20,118 nt of DNA from Halalkalibacterium halodurans (GCF_004376175.1 NZ_SNUY01000070.1:1-20118), one strand, 5' to 3'; counted from the first letter of the stretch, positions 1 to 7,669 are shown. The notes: generated by a model not told the origin, from the sequence alone. Translations and numbers: made by a program.

Positions 1-78
1 CCATATCATCTCTTTTCATGGCGAGAGCTATAGACTGTCCCACGCATTGTCGAAAAGGAATTAAATGGGTGGCAAACC

Positions 79-122
79 TCTGCATTTTTCATTGCATTTC
101 TCTGCACTTTTCTATTGCAAAA
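79..122. repeat. Two imperfect 22-bp tandem units (TCTGCATTTTTCATTGCATTTC / TCTGCACTTTTCTATTGCAAAA)
   Basis: Read directly from the sequence. Four TGCA cores start at 81, 93, 103 and 116, roughly one helical turn apart. Function unknown. Confidence 0.4.
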
Positions 123-465
123 TACAGACATTAATCTTAGAATTTGAAACCTTCACTTTATAAAAATCTTTCTTGCGGTTTAATCAAGGTATGTGTTATT
201 TGATTTTTCAGCGTCATATTGATTATAACCGTATAGATCAATAAATTGAGCAATGATATCCTTTTCACTATCTGCTATTAATAAATTAAAACCAGAGATA
301 TTATCTTCAATCTTTGCTAGTTCAGCTTCTGTCAGCTCTATTTCTTCAATAAATGTAACTTGATACTTTGTATTATAATCTGACGGTTTTTCAGCAATGA
401 GCACATCACTATGTGATTGGTTCAGTATATCTATTATGCTTTCAGGATATTCAAGAATAAAATGA

Positions 466-473
466 ATATCTTG
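466..473. repeat. Target-site duplication ATATCTTG (left copy)
   Basis: Identical 8-mer at 1923..1930, directly abutting both IS termini. The flanking bases differ (a465 vs c1922), so the duplication is exactly 8 bp. Confidence 0.85.
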
Positions 474-499
474 GATGACGTAAAATATTTTGTGTAAGC
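474..499 (+). repeat. IS left terminal inverted repeat GATGACGTAAAATATTTTGTGTAAGC
   Basis: Matches the reverse complement of 1897..1922 (GGTACCGTCAAGAATTTTGTGTAAGC) at 20/26 positions. The TTGTGTAA motif resembles IS256 ends. Confidence 0.75.
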
Positions 500-573
500 C
501 CTTGAAAACATAAAAATAGGTAGGGTATCCTCGGAATTGTCGAGATTCCATAAGAGAGGAGTAATCCCTACCT

Positions 574-1740
574 ATGTCATCAAGTATAACCAATTCCGAC
601 TTCACAAATCAACTGGAAGAAATCATAAAATCATTTATTCAAGAAAGACTTGAAATCATCATGAAAGCAGAACTGGATAACTACTTGAAAGTTGAAAGAC
701 CTAATCATCCAAACAGCAAAAATGGATATTATAAACGTTCATTAGACACGAGATACGGCAAAATCGAGGAATTATCAGTACCACGAGATCGCCGAGGTGA
801 ATTTCAAACTCAGCTCTTTGCTCCTTACCAACGTCGAGATGGATGGCTTGAGGAAACCATTATCAAGATGTATCAAAGTGGCATGAGTACCCGTGAAGTA
901 GGGAAGTTCATTGAACGCATTCTCGGTTCTTCTTACTCTGCCACGACCATCAGTAATATCACGGAAGTGGCCATGGAAGATATCCAGGCGTGGCAGCAAC
1001 GCGAATTACACCCACGCTATTCTGTGCTATATCTGGATGGCATGTATATCAAACTCCGCCGTGACACCGTGGCGAACGAAGTGATTTACTTTGCCATTGG
1101 AGTCACTGTAGAAGGATATCGTGAACTGTTAGGTTTCTACATTGGTGGTCAAGAGAGTGCTCTTGGTTGGCAAGAGATGCTTCAAGACCTCTATCAACGT
1201 GGGCTGAAGGAAGTCTTACTCGGTGTATTTGATGGACTTCCTGGCTTAGAAGAAGCTTTTAAAAGCCTTTATCCGAAAGCAGATGTCCAGCGTTGTGTGG
1301 TACACAAAGTACGACACACCTTAAATCGTGTGCGTAAGAAGGATCGAGAAGAAGTCGCTGAAGATCTGAAGGCAATCTACCGGTCCTTCACTCACTCACA
1401 GGCTGAAGAACAATTCTATATGTTTCAAGAGAAATGGCAGAACAAGTATCCAAGAGAGGTGTCCTCATGGGAAAAAGATTTGCCGGTATTACTCACATTT
1501 TTGAAATATCCCTCCTCCATTCGGAGTGTAATTTACACCACCAACTGGATTGAGCGGACCATCAAGGACATTCGTAAAAGACTGAAGCCCATGAACAGTT
1601 TACCTGACATTAAAGCCGCTGAGAAAATTGTATATTTAACCGTTCAAGGCATTAATGAAAAATGGTCTGAACGAAAATTACGCGGATTTGACAGCGCATA
1701 TCAAGCTTTATATGACATGAATGAAGAGCGATATAGATAA
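574..1740 (+). CDS. IS256-family (mutator-type) DDE transposase, 388 aa
   Basis: Family-typical blocks are present: YLDGMY, VFDGLPG and TTNWIERTIKDIRKR. The 388-aa length is typical, and there are no internal stops. Confidence 0.9.
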   Translation: MSSSITNSDFTNQLEEIIKSFIQERLEIIMKAELDNYLKVERPNHPNSKNGYYKRSLDTRYGKIEELSVPRDRRGEFQTQLFAPYQRRDGWLEETIIKMYQSGMSTREVGKFIERILGSSYSATTISNITEVAMEDIQAWQQRELHPRYSVLYLDGMYIKLRRDTVANEVIYFAIGVTVEGYRELLGFYIGGQESALGWQEMLQDLYQRGLKEVLLGVFDGLPGLEEAFKSLYPKADVQRCVVHKVRHTLNRVRKKDREEVAEDLKAIYRSFTHSQAEEQFYMFQEKWQNKYPREVSSWEKDLPVLLTFLKYPSSIRSVIYTTNWIERTIKDIRKRLKPMNSLPDIKAAEKIVYLTVQGINEKWSERKLRGFDSAYQALYDMNEERYR

Positions 1741-1896
1741 TCCTTAAGCACCTTTTTTAAAGCTTAATAAGTTCGAAGAACCTGTCAAGGGACGCGTATA
1801 CACTTCGCCCTTGACAGAACCGTCTGAAACTTTTTGTGTAGTCACCAAGGCTGCTTAAGGTCTAATATATTGGCAATTCCAAAGGAAACCCTGCGA

Positions 1897-1922
1897 GCTT
1901 ACACAAAATTCTTGACGGTACC
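1897..1922 (-). repeat. IS right terminal inverted repeat
   Basis: See the left inverted repeat. Followed immediately by the ATATCTTG duplication. Confidence 0.75.
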
Positions 1923-1930
1923 ATATCTTG
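1923..1930. repeat. Target-site duplication ATATCTTG (right copy)
   Basis: Identical to 466..473. Confidence 0.85.
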
Positions 1931-2021
1931 ATTACCATCTGTTAATATATCATATATCTCCGAGTCAAATTCATAATTCATATTAAATAATAGTTGATTC
2001 TTATCTTTTAAATACGTCATT

Positions 2022-2231
2022 TCAAAATGTGTAATAGAAAATTTGGGTGGAAATAACTTGTCCTCTGAATGATACTATTTTTTGTTCCTTTGATTCGCTC
2101 ATCGGTTCTTCTGCTTCCGCTGATACATTGTTTGTACTTGAGGTTTGGTCTAACTTCTTATTTTCGATATCTGTTTGGCATGCTGTTAAAACAAATAGGA
2201 ATAAAATAGTTACCGAGATATACTTAAACAT
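2022..2231 (-). CDS. Small putative lipoprotein, 69 aa
   Basis: Hydrophobic signal peptide followed by the lipobox LTAC (MFKYISVTILFLFVLTAC). Strong RBS AAGGAG 7 nt upstream of the ATG. The stop overlaps the next ATG region as TGAAATG. Confidence 0.6.
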   Translation of the reverse strand: MFKYISVTILFLFVLTACQTDIENKKLDQTSSTNNVSAEAEEPMSESKEQKIVSFRGQVISTQIFYYTF

Positions 2232-2358
2232 TAAAAACTCCTTTTTTTAAAGAGACATCTTGAATATTCAACCACGGTTTATAATCTGAGCCACTTCCAG
2301 ATCCACGACCTTCTTTAATCCATTTGTCGATTTTAGAGGTTCTTGTTCTTTTAGACAT
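2224..2358 (-). pseudogene. tnsA: Orphan 5' fragment of a Tn7-like tnsA (transposase endonuclease subunit). Homology covers about 2251..2358.
   Basis: Translation is MSKRTRTSKIDKWIKEGRGSGSGSDYKPWLNIQDVS. This matches the remembered N-terminal TnsA block (E. coli Tn7 TnsA ...RIKEGRGQGHGKDYIPWLTVQEVPSSGR...). The similarity stops at about 2251, where the RBS of the lipoprotein gene begins. The ORF ends after 44 codons, whereas full-length TnsA is much longer (about 270 aa from memory). Confidence 0.65.
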
Positions 2359-2410
2359 ACCTTTAGACAATATTATCCAAAGAGGTATTTCTTCGCAACT
2401 TTATTTCAAA

Positions 2411-2437
2411 GCAAAAAAGAGCGGAGACCCGCTCTTT
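2411..2437 (-). terminator. Rho-independent terminator of nrdJ
   Basis: On the minus strand: AGAGCGG-GTCT-CCGCTCT followed by TTTTTT, starting right after the TAG stop. Confidence 0.85.
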
Positions 2438-4996
2438 CTATAAACCGCATTTTAATTGCGCACCGCAATTTGTACACGTATTACATCCGCCGAGGTCTTC
2501 TACTGTCCCTTCTCTGCAGACAGGACACGTATCTCCAACTTCAGAGCCGATCGTGACATCGGTTGTTCGCACATCTTGAATCGTGTCGACAAGAACGATT
2601 TTTTTCTCGCTTTGCTCGGTTTCTGCTAGTACATCCTCATCCAGCGTATTCTCTTCCGCTTTTAACGAAAGTACTTGAGCGTCACGGCTTCCATCTACAT
2701 AGACCGTTCCACCTTTAGCTCCGCCGCGGTAAAGTCGTTCATATACCGCTTGAACCTGCTCAACCGTATAGCCTCTCGGCGCATTCACTGTTTTCGAGAG
2801 GGAACTATCTACCCAGCGTTGGATGATACATTGGACATCCGCATGGGCTTCTGGCGCAAGTTCCATCGTTGAAATGAACCATTCAGGCAAGTGATTTTCA
2901 TCGGCTTCAGGATGGGCCCGCAAATATTCTTGGACGATCTCAGCCTTAACTTCAATAAATTTGCCAAGTCGACCACTACGGAAATAAGAAAAGGAAAAAT
3001 AAGGTTCAAGCCCTGTCGATACTCCGACCATTGTTCCTGTAGATCCTGTCGGCGCAACCGTCAATAAATGGGAGTTACGAATACCATATTCCAATACACC
3101 TTGGCGAATATCCTCAGGCATTTTTTTCATATAGCCGGTCCCAATGAAACGTTGACGTAGTTGTTTAGTTTCCTCGTCCGTTTGGCCGACTAAAAATGGA
3201 AAACTTCCTTTTTCCTTCGCTAACTCGATGCTTGTCCGATAGGCTGTAGTAGCAATCGTTTCGAAAATTTGATCGACAAGCTTGTTGCCTTCCTCTGAGC
3301 CATACACGGTTTCTGTATAAATCAACAAATCATGAAGCCCCATTACACCTAGACCGACACGGCGCTCCCCTTTCGCTTGTTTCGTGTTTTCTTCGAGGAA
3401 ATAAGGGGTTGCATCGATGACATTATCCTGCATGCGAACGCCTACTTCCACGGTCTGCTTTAGCTTTTTAAAATCAACTGTTTTCTCTTGTTTATTCGCC
3501 ATTTCTGCTAGGTTAATCGCCGCTAAGTTACATACAGAGTAAGGCGCAAGCGGCTGCTCTCCGCACGGATTAGTCGCCACAACTTTTTGTCCGTATGCTT
3601 TCGCATTGGTCATATCATTAGCATTGTCAATGAAGAAAATGCCTGGTTCTGCACTATAGGTTGCACAAATATTAATTAAGTTCCAAAGCTCCTTCGCGCG
3701 AATCATCCGATACGTTTTCACCGGAAATCCCCGCTCTTCCCATTCACGAACATCGCCAACGTTGCTCCACTCACGGTTGTAAATATCCATTTCCTCTTCC
3801 GTGTAGTTTTCTACATCTGGAAAGCGCAAAGCATACCAGTCGTCGTTATCTACAGCTTCCATAAATTCTTTTGTTAAGCAAACGGAAATGTTAGCCCCCG
3901 TTAAAAAGTCTGGGTTGTTTACCGTATACGTTCCACCGATGCGAAGCTTTTCTTCCGCCTCCTTGATGACTTTCGCGTCAAAGCCTCCCATGCCTGGAAT
4001 TGACTTATAGTTTACGATTCCTTGGTACATCGCTTCTTCCAATTGGCTAAGCGGTGTAAACTTAAGCTTGTCCTTCACGAGCTTACGAATTTGATCATCG
4101 TCCGTATTCTCGAGTAAATAACGAAGGATCCGAGGATTTTGCATTTTTGAAATAATAAATTCAAGGACATCCGGGTGCCAATCGGCAAGCATGATCATTT
4201 GGGCTCCCCGTCTTGAGCCCCCTTGCTCGACAAGATGGGTAAGCTTAGCAATATCATCTAACCATGATACTGAGCCAGATGATTTCCCGTTCACTCCACG
4301 TGCAAGTGTATTTCTCGGGCGAAGGGTAGAACCGTTCGTCCCGACACCGCCACCGCGGCTCATGATCTCCATCACCTGTTTACGATGTTCTGAAATACCT
4401 TCACGAGAGTCTTTTACAAACGGCATTACGTAGCAGTTAAAGTAGGTCACATCGGTCTTTGCACCAGCACCGTATAGTACGCGGCCAGCAGGAACAAAAT
4501 TCATATTAACAAGCTCTTCATAAAACCTTTCAAACGATTGCTGACGTTTTTCTTCTGTCGTTTCTACCGCAGCCAGACCGGTTGCATTCCGCTTCGCGAT
4601 TTGCTCATAAAAAATCTCAAGCGGCTTTTCGATAACATCAAGAGAACGTGTGATAATGCCTGTGCTCGCTTCCTCCGGATCATCTAATACACCATGAAAT
4701 TCTTCGTCCACAAGGACTTTGGCACGATTCTCATCCCAATTCAGTTCCAAAATGAAGCCATATCCTCTTGCAGGAAACTTTGGATCATCCTTTACTGTAA
4801 GGACGACAAAATCGCCCTCTCTCAATGTTTTCTTCTCTGTATCTTTGAACGTATACCGATCAAGCATCACCAGGCGGGAAACCCCTTTACGAGTCATATG
4901 CATATCACTCGTAATCGGGTGTACTTGTTCAAAATGGGCAATATCTTCGTTTAGTCGTTCAATATTTAGTGTCATTCTCTCTGTCATCGTCGTCAT
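2438..4996 (-). CDS. nrdJ: Adenosylcobalamin-dependent (class II) ribonucleotide reductase, 852 aa
   Basis: RNR catalytic blocks ATNPCGEQPL and TVAPTGSTG are present. The C-terminal Cys-rich tail is CPVCREG...CNTCTNCGAQLKCGL. Strong RBS AAGGAGGAG. The region around NPCGEQ shows no intein-sized insertion. Confidence 0.93.
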   Translation of the reverse strand: MTTMTERMTLNIERLNEDIAHFEQVHPITSDMHMTRKGVSRLVMLDRYTFKDTEKKTLREGDFVVLTVKDDPKFPARGYGFILELNWDENRAKVLVDEEFHGVLDDPEEASTGIITRSLDVIEKPLEIFYEQIAKRNATGLAAVETTEEKRQQSFERFYEELVNMNFVPAGRVLYGAGAKTDVTYFNCYVMPFVKDSREGISEHRKQVMEIMSRGGGVGTNGSTLRPRNTLARGVNGKSSGSVSWLDDIAKLTHLVEQGGSRRGAQMIMLADWHPDVLEFIISKMQNPRILRYLLENTDDDQIRKLVKDKLKFTPLSQLEEAMYQGIVNYKSIPGMGGFDAKVIKEAEEKLRIGGTYTVNNPDFLTGANISVCLTKEFMEAVDNDDWYALRFPDVENYTEEEMDIYNREWSNVGDVREWEERGFPVKTYRMIRAKELWNLINICATYSAEPGIFFIDNANDMTNAKAYGQKVVATNPCGEQPLAPYSVCNLAAINLAEMANKQEKTVDFKKLKQTVEVGVRMQDNVIDATPYFLEENTKQAKGERRVGLGVMGLHDLLIYTETVYGSEEGNKLVDQIFETIATTAYRTSIELAKEKGSFPFLVGQTDEETKQLRQRFIGTGYMKKMPEDIRQGVLEYGIRNSHLLTVAPTGSTGTMVGVSTGLEPYFSFSYFRSGRLGKFIEVKAEIVQEYLRAHPEADENHLPEWFISTMELAPEAHADVQCIIQRWVDSSLSKTVNAPRGYTVEQVQAVYERLYRGGAKGGTVYVDGSRDAQVLSLKAEENTLDEDVLAETEQSEKKIVLVDTIQDVRTTDVTIGSEVGDTCPVCREGTVEDLGGCNTCTNCGAQLKCGL

Positions 4997-5125
4997 GACG
5001 TTCTCCTCCTTAAAGATTGTGAATATGTATAAAAAAGCGAATCATTACGCTAAATTACATGTTTTGTCCAATCGAAACGAAGCGTCGATTGTGCTTGCCT
5101 TAGCTTACCATACTAACCAAGTGAA

Positions 5126-5141
5126 ATTCAATATATAGTAT
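5126..5141. promoter_or_regulatory. NrdR box 1 (ATTCAATATATAGTAT)
   Basis: 13/16 match to the remembered NrdR consensus acaCwAtATaTwGtgt. Lies in the nrdJ leader. Confidence 0.6.
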
Positions 5142-5155
5142 CCGATTATTAAAAA

Positions 5156-5183
5156 ATAATACTATATATTGATTATTGGTCAA
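5156..5183 (-). promoter_or_regulatory. Candidate sigma-A promoter of nrdJ (-35 TTGACC, 16-nt spacer, -10 TATTAT)
   Basis: Hexamers read on the minus strand. NrdR box 2 overlaps the spacer and the -10. An alternative -35 TTGACA at 5197..5202 has poorer spacing. Confidence 0.35.
5159..5174. promoter_or_regulatory. NrdR box 2 (ATACTATATATTGATT)
   Basis: 13/16 match to the consensus. Positions 5159..5172 are the exact reverse complement of 5128..5141. Box centres are 33 bp apart. Confidence 0.6.
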
Positions 5184-5353
5184 ATGACAATGATTTTGTC
5201 AAATATAAAATGGCGCATTTGCGGAAGAAAAAGCGAGGAAATTCGTCATTCGTTATTACTCATTCGCTTTTTTGAACAATTTTCTCTATTGCTTTTTTCC
5301 TAGCCACCATGCTTACGGACAAATGTGTAGTTTTCATTTTTTGCTTTTTTTAT

Positions 5354-5382
5354 TTGACAATTTCCCGATTCAATGTTGCAAT
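5354..5382 (+). promoter_or_regulatory. Candidate sigma-A promoter of dat (-35 TTGACA, 17-nt spacer, -10 TGCAAT)
   Basis: Hexamers read directly, 32 nt upstream of the dat ATG. Confidence 0.35.
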
Positions 5383-5413
5383 CAAATGGAAATGATTTGA
5401 CGGAGGGATTTCA

Positions 5414-6265
5414 ATGGATTATTGCCTTTACCAAGACCAGCTTGTTCCACGTGAGCAACTAAAAATTGATCCAGAGGATAGAGGCTATCATTTTGGTGAC
5501 GGTATTTACGAAGTGGTCCACGTATACCACGGGAAAGCTTTTGCCTTATCTGATCATTTAACTCGCTTTAAAGAAAGTGCCGAAAAACTTGATCTACCTA
5601 TGCTCTATTCCACAGACAAACTAGGGGAGCTTGTTCAGCAACTTATTGAAAAAAACAAGCTGGAGCATGGAATGGTCTACTTTCAGATGACCCGGGGGAT
5701 CAGTCCGCGAAACCATTTGTACACGCGTAATGAAACACCCGTCCTTACCGGTTTTTCAAAACCATTACCTGATGAAAAGAGGGAATCCGTTCGTCTTTAT
5801 TTGACCGATGATATTCGCTGGCTTCGTTGCGACATTAAAACCATTAACTTATTAGGAAATGTCTTGGCCAAGCGTGAAGCAACCGATCATCAATGCGACG
5901 AAGCGCTCCTCCACCGTGACGGAACAGTGACTGAAGGCTCGTCATCGAATGTGTTCCTTATTAAAAATGAAACACTCTACACACATCCAGCAACAAATCT
6001 CATCTTGAACGGGATTACACGACAAATCACCATCCGGCTAGCCAAAGCAAAAGGGTATACCGTCGTGGAAGAGCCGTTCCCTAAAGAAGTGATAAAGGAT
6101 GCTGATGAAGCGTTCATTACGAGCACGATCCATGAAATCACACCAGTAACCGAAGTCATCGGTGATGAAACGGCACATTTTCCTGTTGGACCTGTCACGA
6201 AAAGATTGCAACAGGCATTTGCAGAAGAAATTGCCAAACACTCTCAAACAGCGATGAAGCAGTGA
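5414..6265 (+). CDS. dat: D-amino-acid (D-alanine) aminotransferase, 283 aa
   Basis: Close collinear similarity to remembered Bacillus Dat sequences (EDRGYHFGDGIYEV, IRWLRCDIKTINLLGNVLAKREA, TEGSSSNVF, ITSTIHEITPV). RBS GGAGGG. Confidence 0.92.
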   Translation: MDYCLYQDQLVPREQLKIDPEDRGYHFGDGIYEVVHVYHGKAFALSDHLTRFKESAEKLDLPMLYSTDKLGELVQQLIEKNKLEHGMVYFQMTRGISPRNHLYTRNETPVLTGFSKPLPDEKRESVRLYLTDDIRWLRCDIKTINLLGNVLAKREATDHQCDEALLHRDGTVTEGSSSNVFLIKNETLYTHPATNLILNGITRQITIRLAKAKGYTVVEEPFPKEVIKDADEAFITSTIHEITPVTEVIGDETAHFPVGPVTKRLQQAFAEEIAKHSQTAMKQ

Positions 6266-6290
6266 CCATATGGCGGTCACTGCTTCTTTA
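6260..6290. terminator. Bidirectional hairpin terminator between the convergent dat and lipM genes
   Basis: CAGTGACC-ATATGGC-GGTCACTG followed by a T-rich tract. Confidence 0.7.
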
Positions 6291-7127
6291 TTATTTCCGA
6301 AAGTTCCACTCATCTGTTTCATAGCGCTCTTTCGCGATTTGTTTCACTTCAGCTTCTTCTGCGTCAGTCAATGTATACGGCTCAAGCTTAATCGACAGCC
6401 CTTTTTCAAAACCATCTTTAAATGCTTTTTTCACTTCATCCATGGATAAAGGCACATCTCGTAGCTCATTAATCGCAACCGCTTTGTTTTTAAAGTTCCT
6501 CTGCATCCGTTCTCGCACACGTTCACTCGGATAGTTAAATAAATCAAACAGCTTGTCCTCATCTATATCCAACACGATTGACCCGTGCTGTAGAATAACA
6601 CCCTTTTGCCGTGTCTGTGCACTGCCGGCCACCTTTCGTCCTTCCACGACGAGCTCATACCAAGACGGTGCATCAAAACAAACAGCGGAGCGGGGGTTTT
6701 TAAGCGCGTTTTTTTCTTCCTCTGTCTTTGGAACGGCAAAATACGCGTCTAACCCTAGGTCACAGAACCCTTCTAAAATTCCTTGAGAGATAATACGATA
6801 AGCCTCTGTAACCGAAGCTGGCATGTCTGGATGTTCCTCTGAGACGATGACACTATAGGTTAATTCCTTGTCATGGAGCACTCCTCGTCCTCCCGTTGGT
6901 CTTCGCACAAATCCTAGCTGATGTTTTTTTACCATCTCCATGTTAATTTCCTTCTGTACTTTTTGAAAATAACCAATCGACAAGGTTGGCGGATTCCACC
7001 CGTAAAACCGAATCGTTGGAGGAATAAGACCTTCACTATGCCAATTCAATAGCGCTTCGTCGAGCGCCATGTTATATGCGGGATCACGATCTCCTGAGTC
7101 GATAAAACGCCATGTTTCCATTATCAT
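6291..7127 (-). CDS. lipM: Octanoyltransferase of the LipM/lipoate-protein ligase family, 278 aa
   Basis: Same 278-aa length as B. subtilis LipM (YqhM) and near-collinear with it (ETWRFIDSG..., [35 protein letters not shown]). Synteny with yqhL and the gcv operon supports the call. Confidence 0.9.
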   Translation of the reverse strand: MIMETWRFIDSGDRDPAYNMALDEALLNWHSEGLIPPTIRFYGWNPPTLSIGYFQKVQKEINMEMVKKHQLGFVRRPTGGRGVLHDKELTYSVIVSEEHPDMPASVTEAYRIISQGILEGFCDLGLDAYFAVPKTEEEKNALKNPRSAVCFDAPSWYELVVEGRKVAGSAQTRQKGVILQHGSIVLDIDEDKLFDLFNYPSERVRERMQRNFKNKAVAINELRDVPLSMDEVKKAFKDGFEKGLSIKLEPYTLTDAEEAEVKQIAKERYETDEWNFRK

Positions 7128-7214
7128 CGCTTCTTTCTATATAATCTCGACCGTAATAAGTTTAACAAACTTGCCACACTCTCGCCAAGAAACTTGTTTT
7201 CCGCTATGGAATGA

Positions 7215-7243
7215 TTGCGATTTTTGTAAAACATGATTATAAT
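7215..7243 (+). promoter_or_regulatory. Sigma-A promoter of the rhodanese gene (-35 TTGCGA, 17-nt spacer, -10 TATAAT)
   Basis: Perfect -10 with ideal spacing. The predicted transcription start is near 7250, so the tracked ATG at 7246 is unlikely to be used. Confidence 0.6.
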
Positions 7244-7287
7244 CAATGGTGGAATGTAACCGAAGGACAAGGGGTGTCAGCGGATTG

Positions 7288-7662
7288 ATGGTTTATGTTT
7301 GGCTAGTACTTTTAGCACTTCTCGTATACGTATTATTCAAGCGGATTTATACGCCAAAGTATTTAAAGACATTAACGCAAGAAGAATTTATTCAAGGGTA
7401 TCGAAAAGCCCAACTAATCGATGTAAGAGAACCACGGGAATATGACTCAGGCCACATTTTAGGTGCCCGAAATATCCCATTATCCCAATTAAAACAACGA
7501 TTAAAAGAAGTGCGGACGGATCAGCCTGTGTACTTATATTGCCAAAGCGGGGCACGAAGCCGTCAAGCAGCAGCCATTTTAAAGAAGAAGCACGGTGTGG
7601 AAGATGTAAGCCACTTAAAAGGTGGCTTCCGTAAATGGACAGGAAAAATCAAAAAGAAGTAA
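7288..7662 (+). CDS. yqhL: Membrane-anchored single-domain rhodanese (YqhL-like), 124 aa
   Basis: N-terminal TM helix (VYVWLVLLALLVYVLF). Rhodanese fold with the active-site loop YCQSGARS. The start was moved from 7246 to the ATG at 7288 because of the promoter position and the expected ~126-aa size. Confidence 0.8.
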   Translation: MVYVWLVLLALLVYVLFKRIYTPKYLKTLTQEEFIQGYRKAQLIDVREPREYDSGHILGARNIPLSQLKQRLKEVRTDQPVYLYCQSGARSRQAAAILKKKHGVEDVSHLKGGFRKWTGKIKKK

Positions 7663-7669
7663 TGACAAA

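Larger units (their letters stand above)
474..1922 (+). mobile_element. IS256-family insertion sequence, 1449 bp, apparently intact
   Basis: Single mutator-type transposase ORF. Imperfect terminal inverted repeats (20 of 26 positions match) share the core TTTTGTGTAAGC. An 8-bp direct duplication flanks the element, as is typical for the IS256 family. Confidence 0.85.
180..2020 (-). pseudogene. Small acidic protein gene (about 127 aa when rejoined) split by an IS insertion. Segments are complement(180..473) and complement(1931..2020).
   Basis: ATG at 2020 gives MTYLKDKNQLLFNMNYEFDSEIYDILTDGN. This runs in frame into QDIHFILEYPES... at 473 once the IS and one copy of the 8-bp duplication are removed. 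The first 44 aa of the tracked 180..605 ORF are read-through into the IS left end. Confidence 0.75.

Noticed and set aside
1-19. Possible minus-strand gene start (ATGAAAAGAGATGATATGG) at the window edge
   Set aside because: Only six codons are visible and there is no Shine-Dalgarno sequence upstream, so it cannot be supported.
474-605. N-terminal 44 aa of the tracked 141-aa ORF (180..605, minus strand)
   Set aside because: This part is antisense read-through into the IS left end. The real gene continues beyond the IS at 1931..2020.
2359-2410. Possible Tn7-like right end (TnsB sites, terminal TGT/ACA) between the tnsA fragment and the nrdJ terminator
   Set aside because: Only about 50 bp are available, and I could not find repeated 20-22-bp motifs. 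One ACA at 2366..2368 is not meaningful on its own.
2438-4996. Intein or other insertion in NrdJ
   Set aside because: The catalytic blocks are contiguous, and the 852-aa length is in the range I expect for this class. No Cys/Ser...HN splice-junction pattern is visible around them.
2675-5138. Five tracked ORFs inside or antisense to nrdJ (2675..2872, 2809..3057, 4191..4433, 4694..4954, 4719..5138)
   Set aside because: They lie entirely within or opposite a strongly supported 852-aa gene. They have no RBS and low-complexity or odd composition, so they are shadow ORFs.
4997-5413. Cobalamin riboswitch upstream of the B12-dependent nrdJ
   Set aside because: I found no B12-box-like conserved core in the leader. 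B12 riboswitches normally control the B12-independent alternatives rather than nrdJ. The NrdR boxes explain the regulation.
5977-6322. ORFs antisense to the dat 3' end (5977..6237, 6038..6322)
   Set aside because: Shadow ORFs opposite a well-supported gene.
6553-6786. 77-aa plus-strand ORF inside lipM
   Set aside because: Antisense to lipM, with no RBS.
7246-7287. Upstream ATG extension of the rhodanese gene (MVECNRRTRGVSGL)
   Set aside because: It begins at or before the predicted transcription start of a near-consensus promoter (TTGCGA-17-TATAAT). The internal ATG at 7288 gives the expected size.
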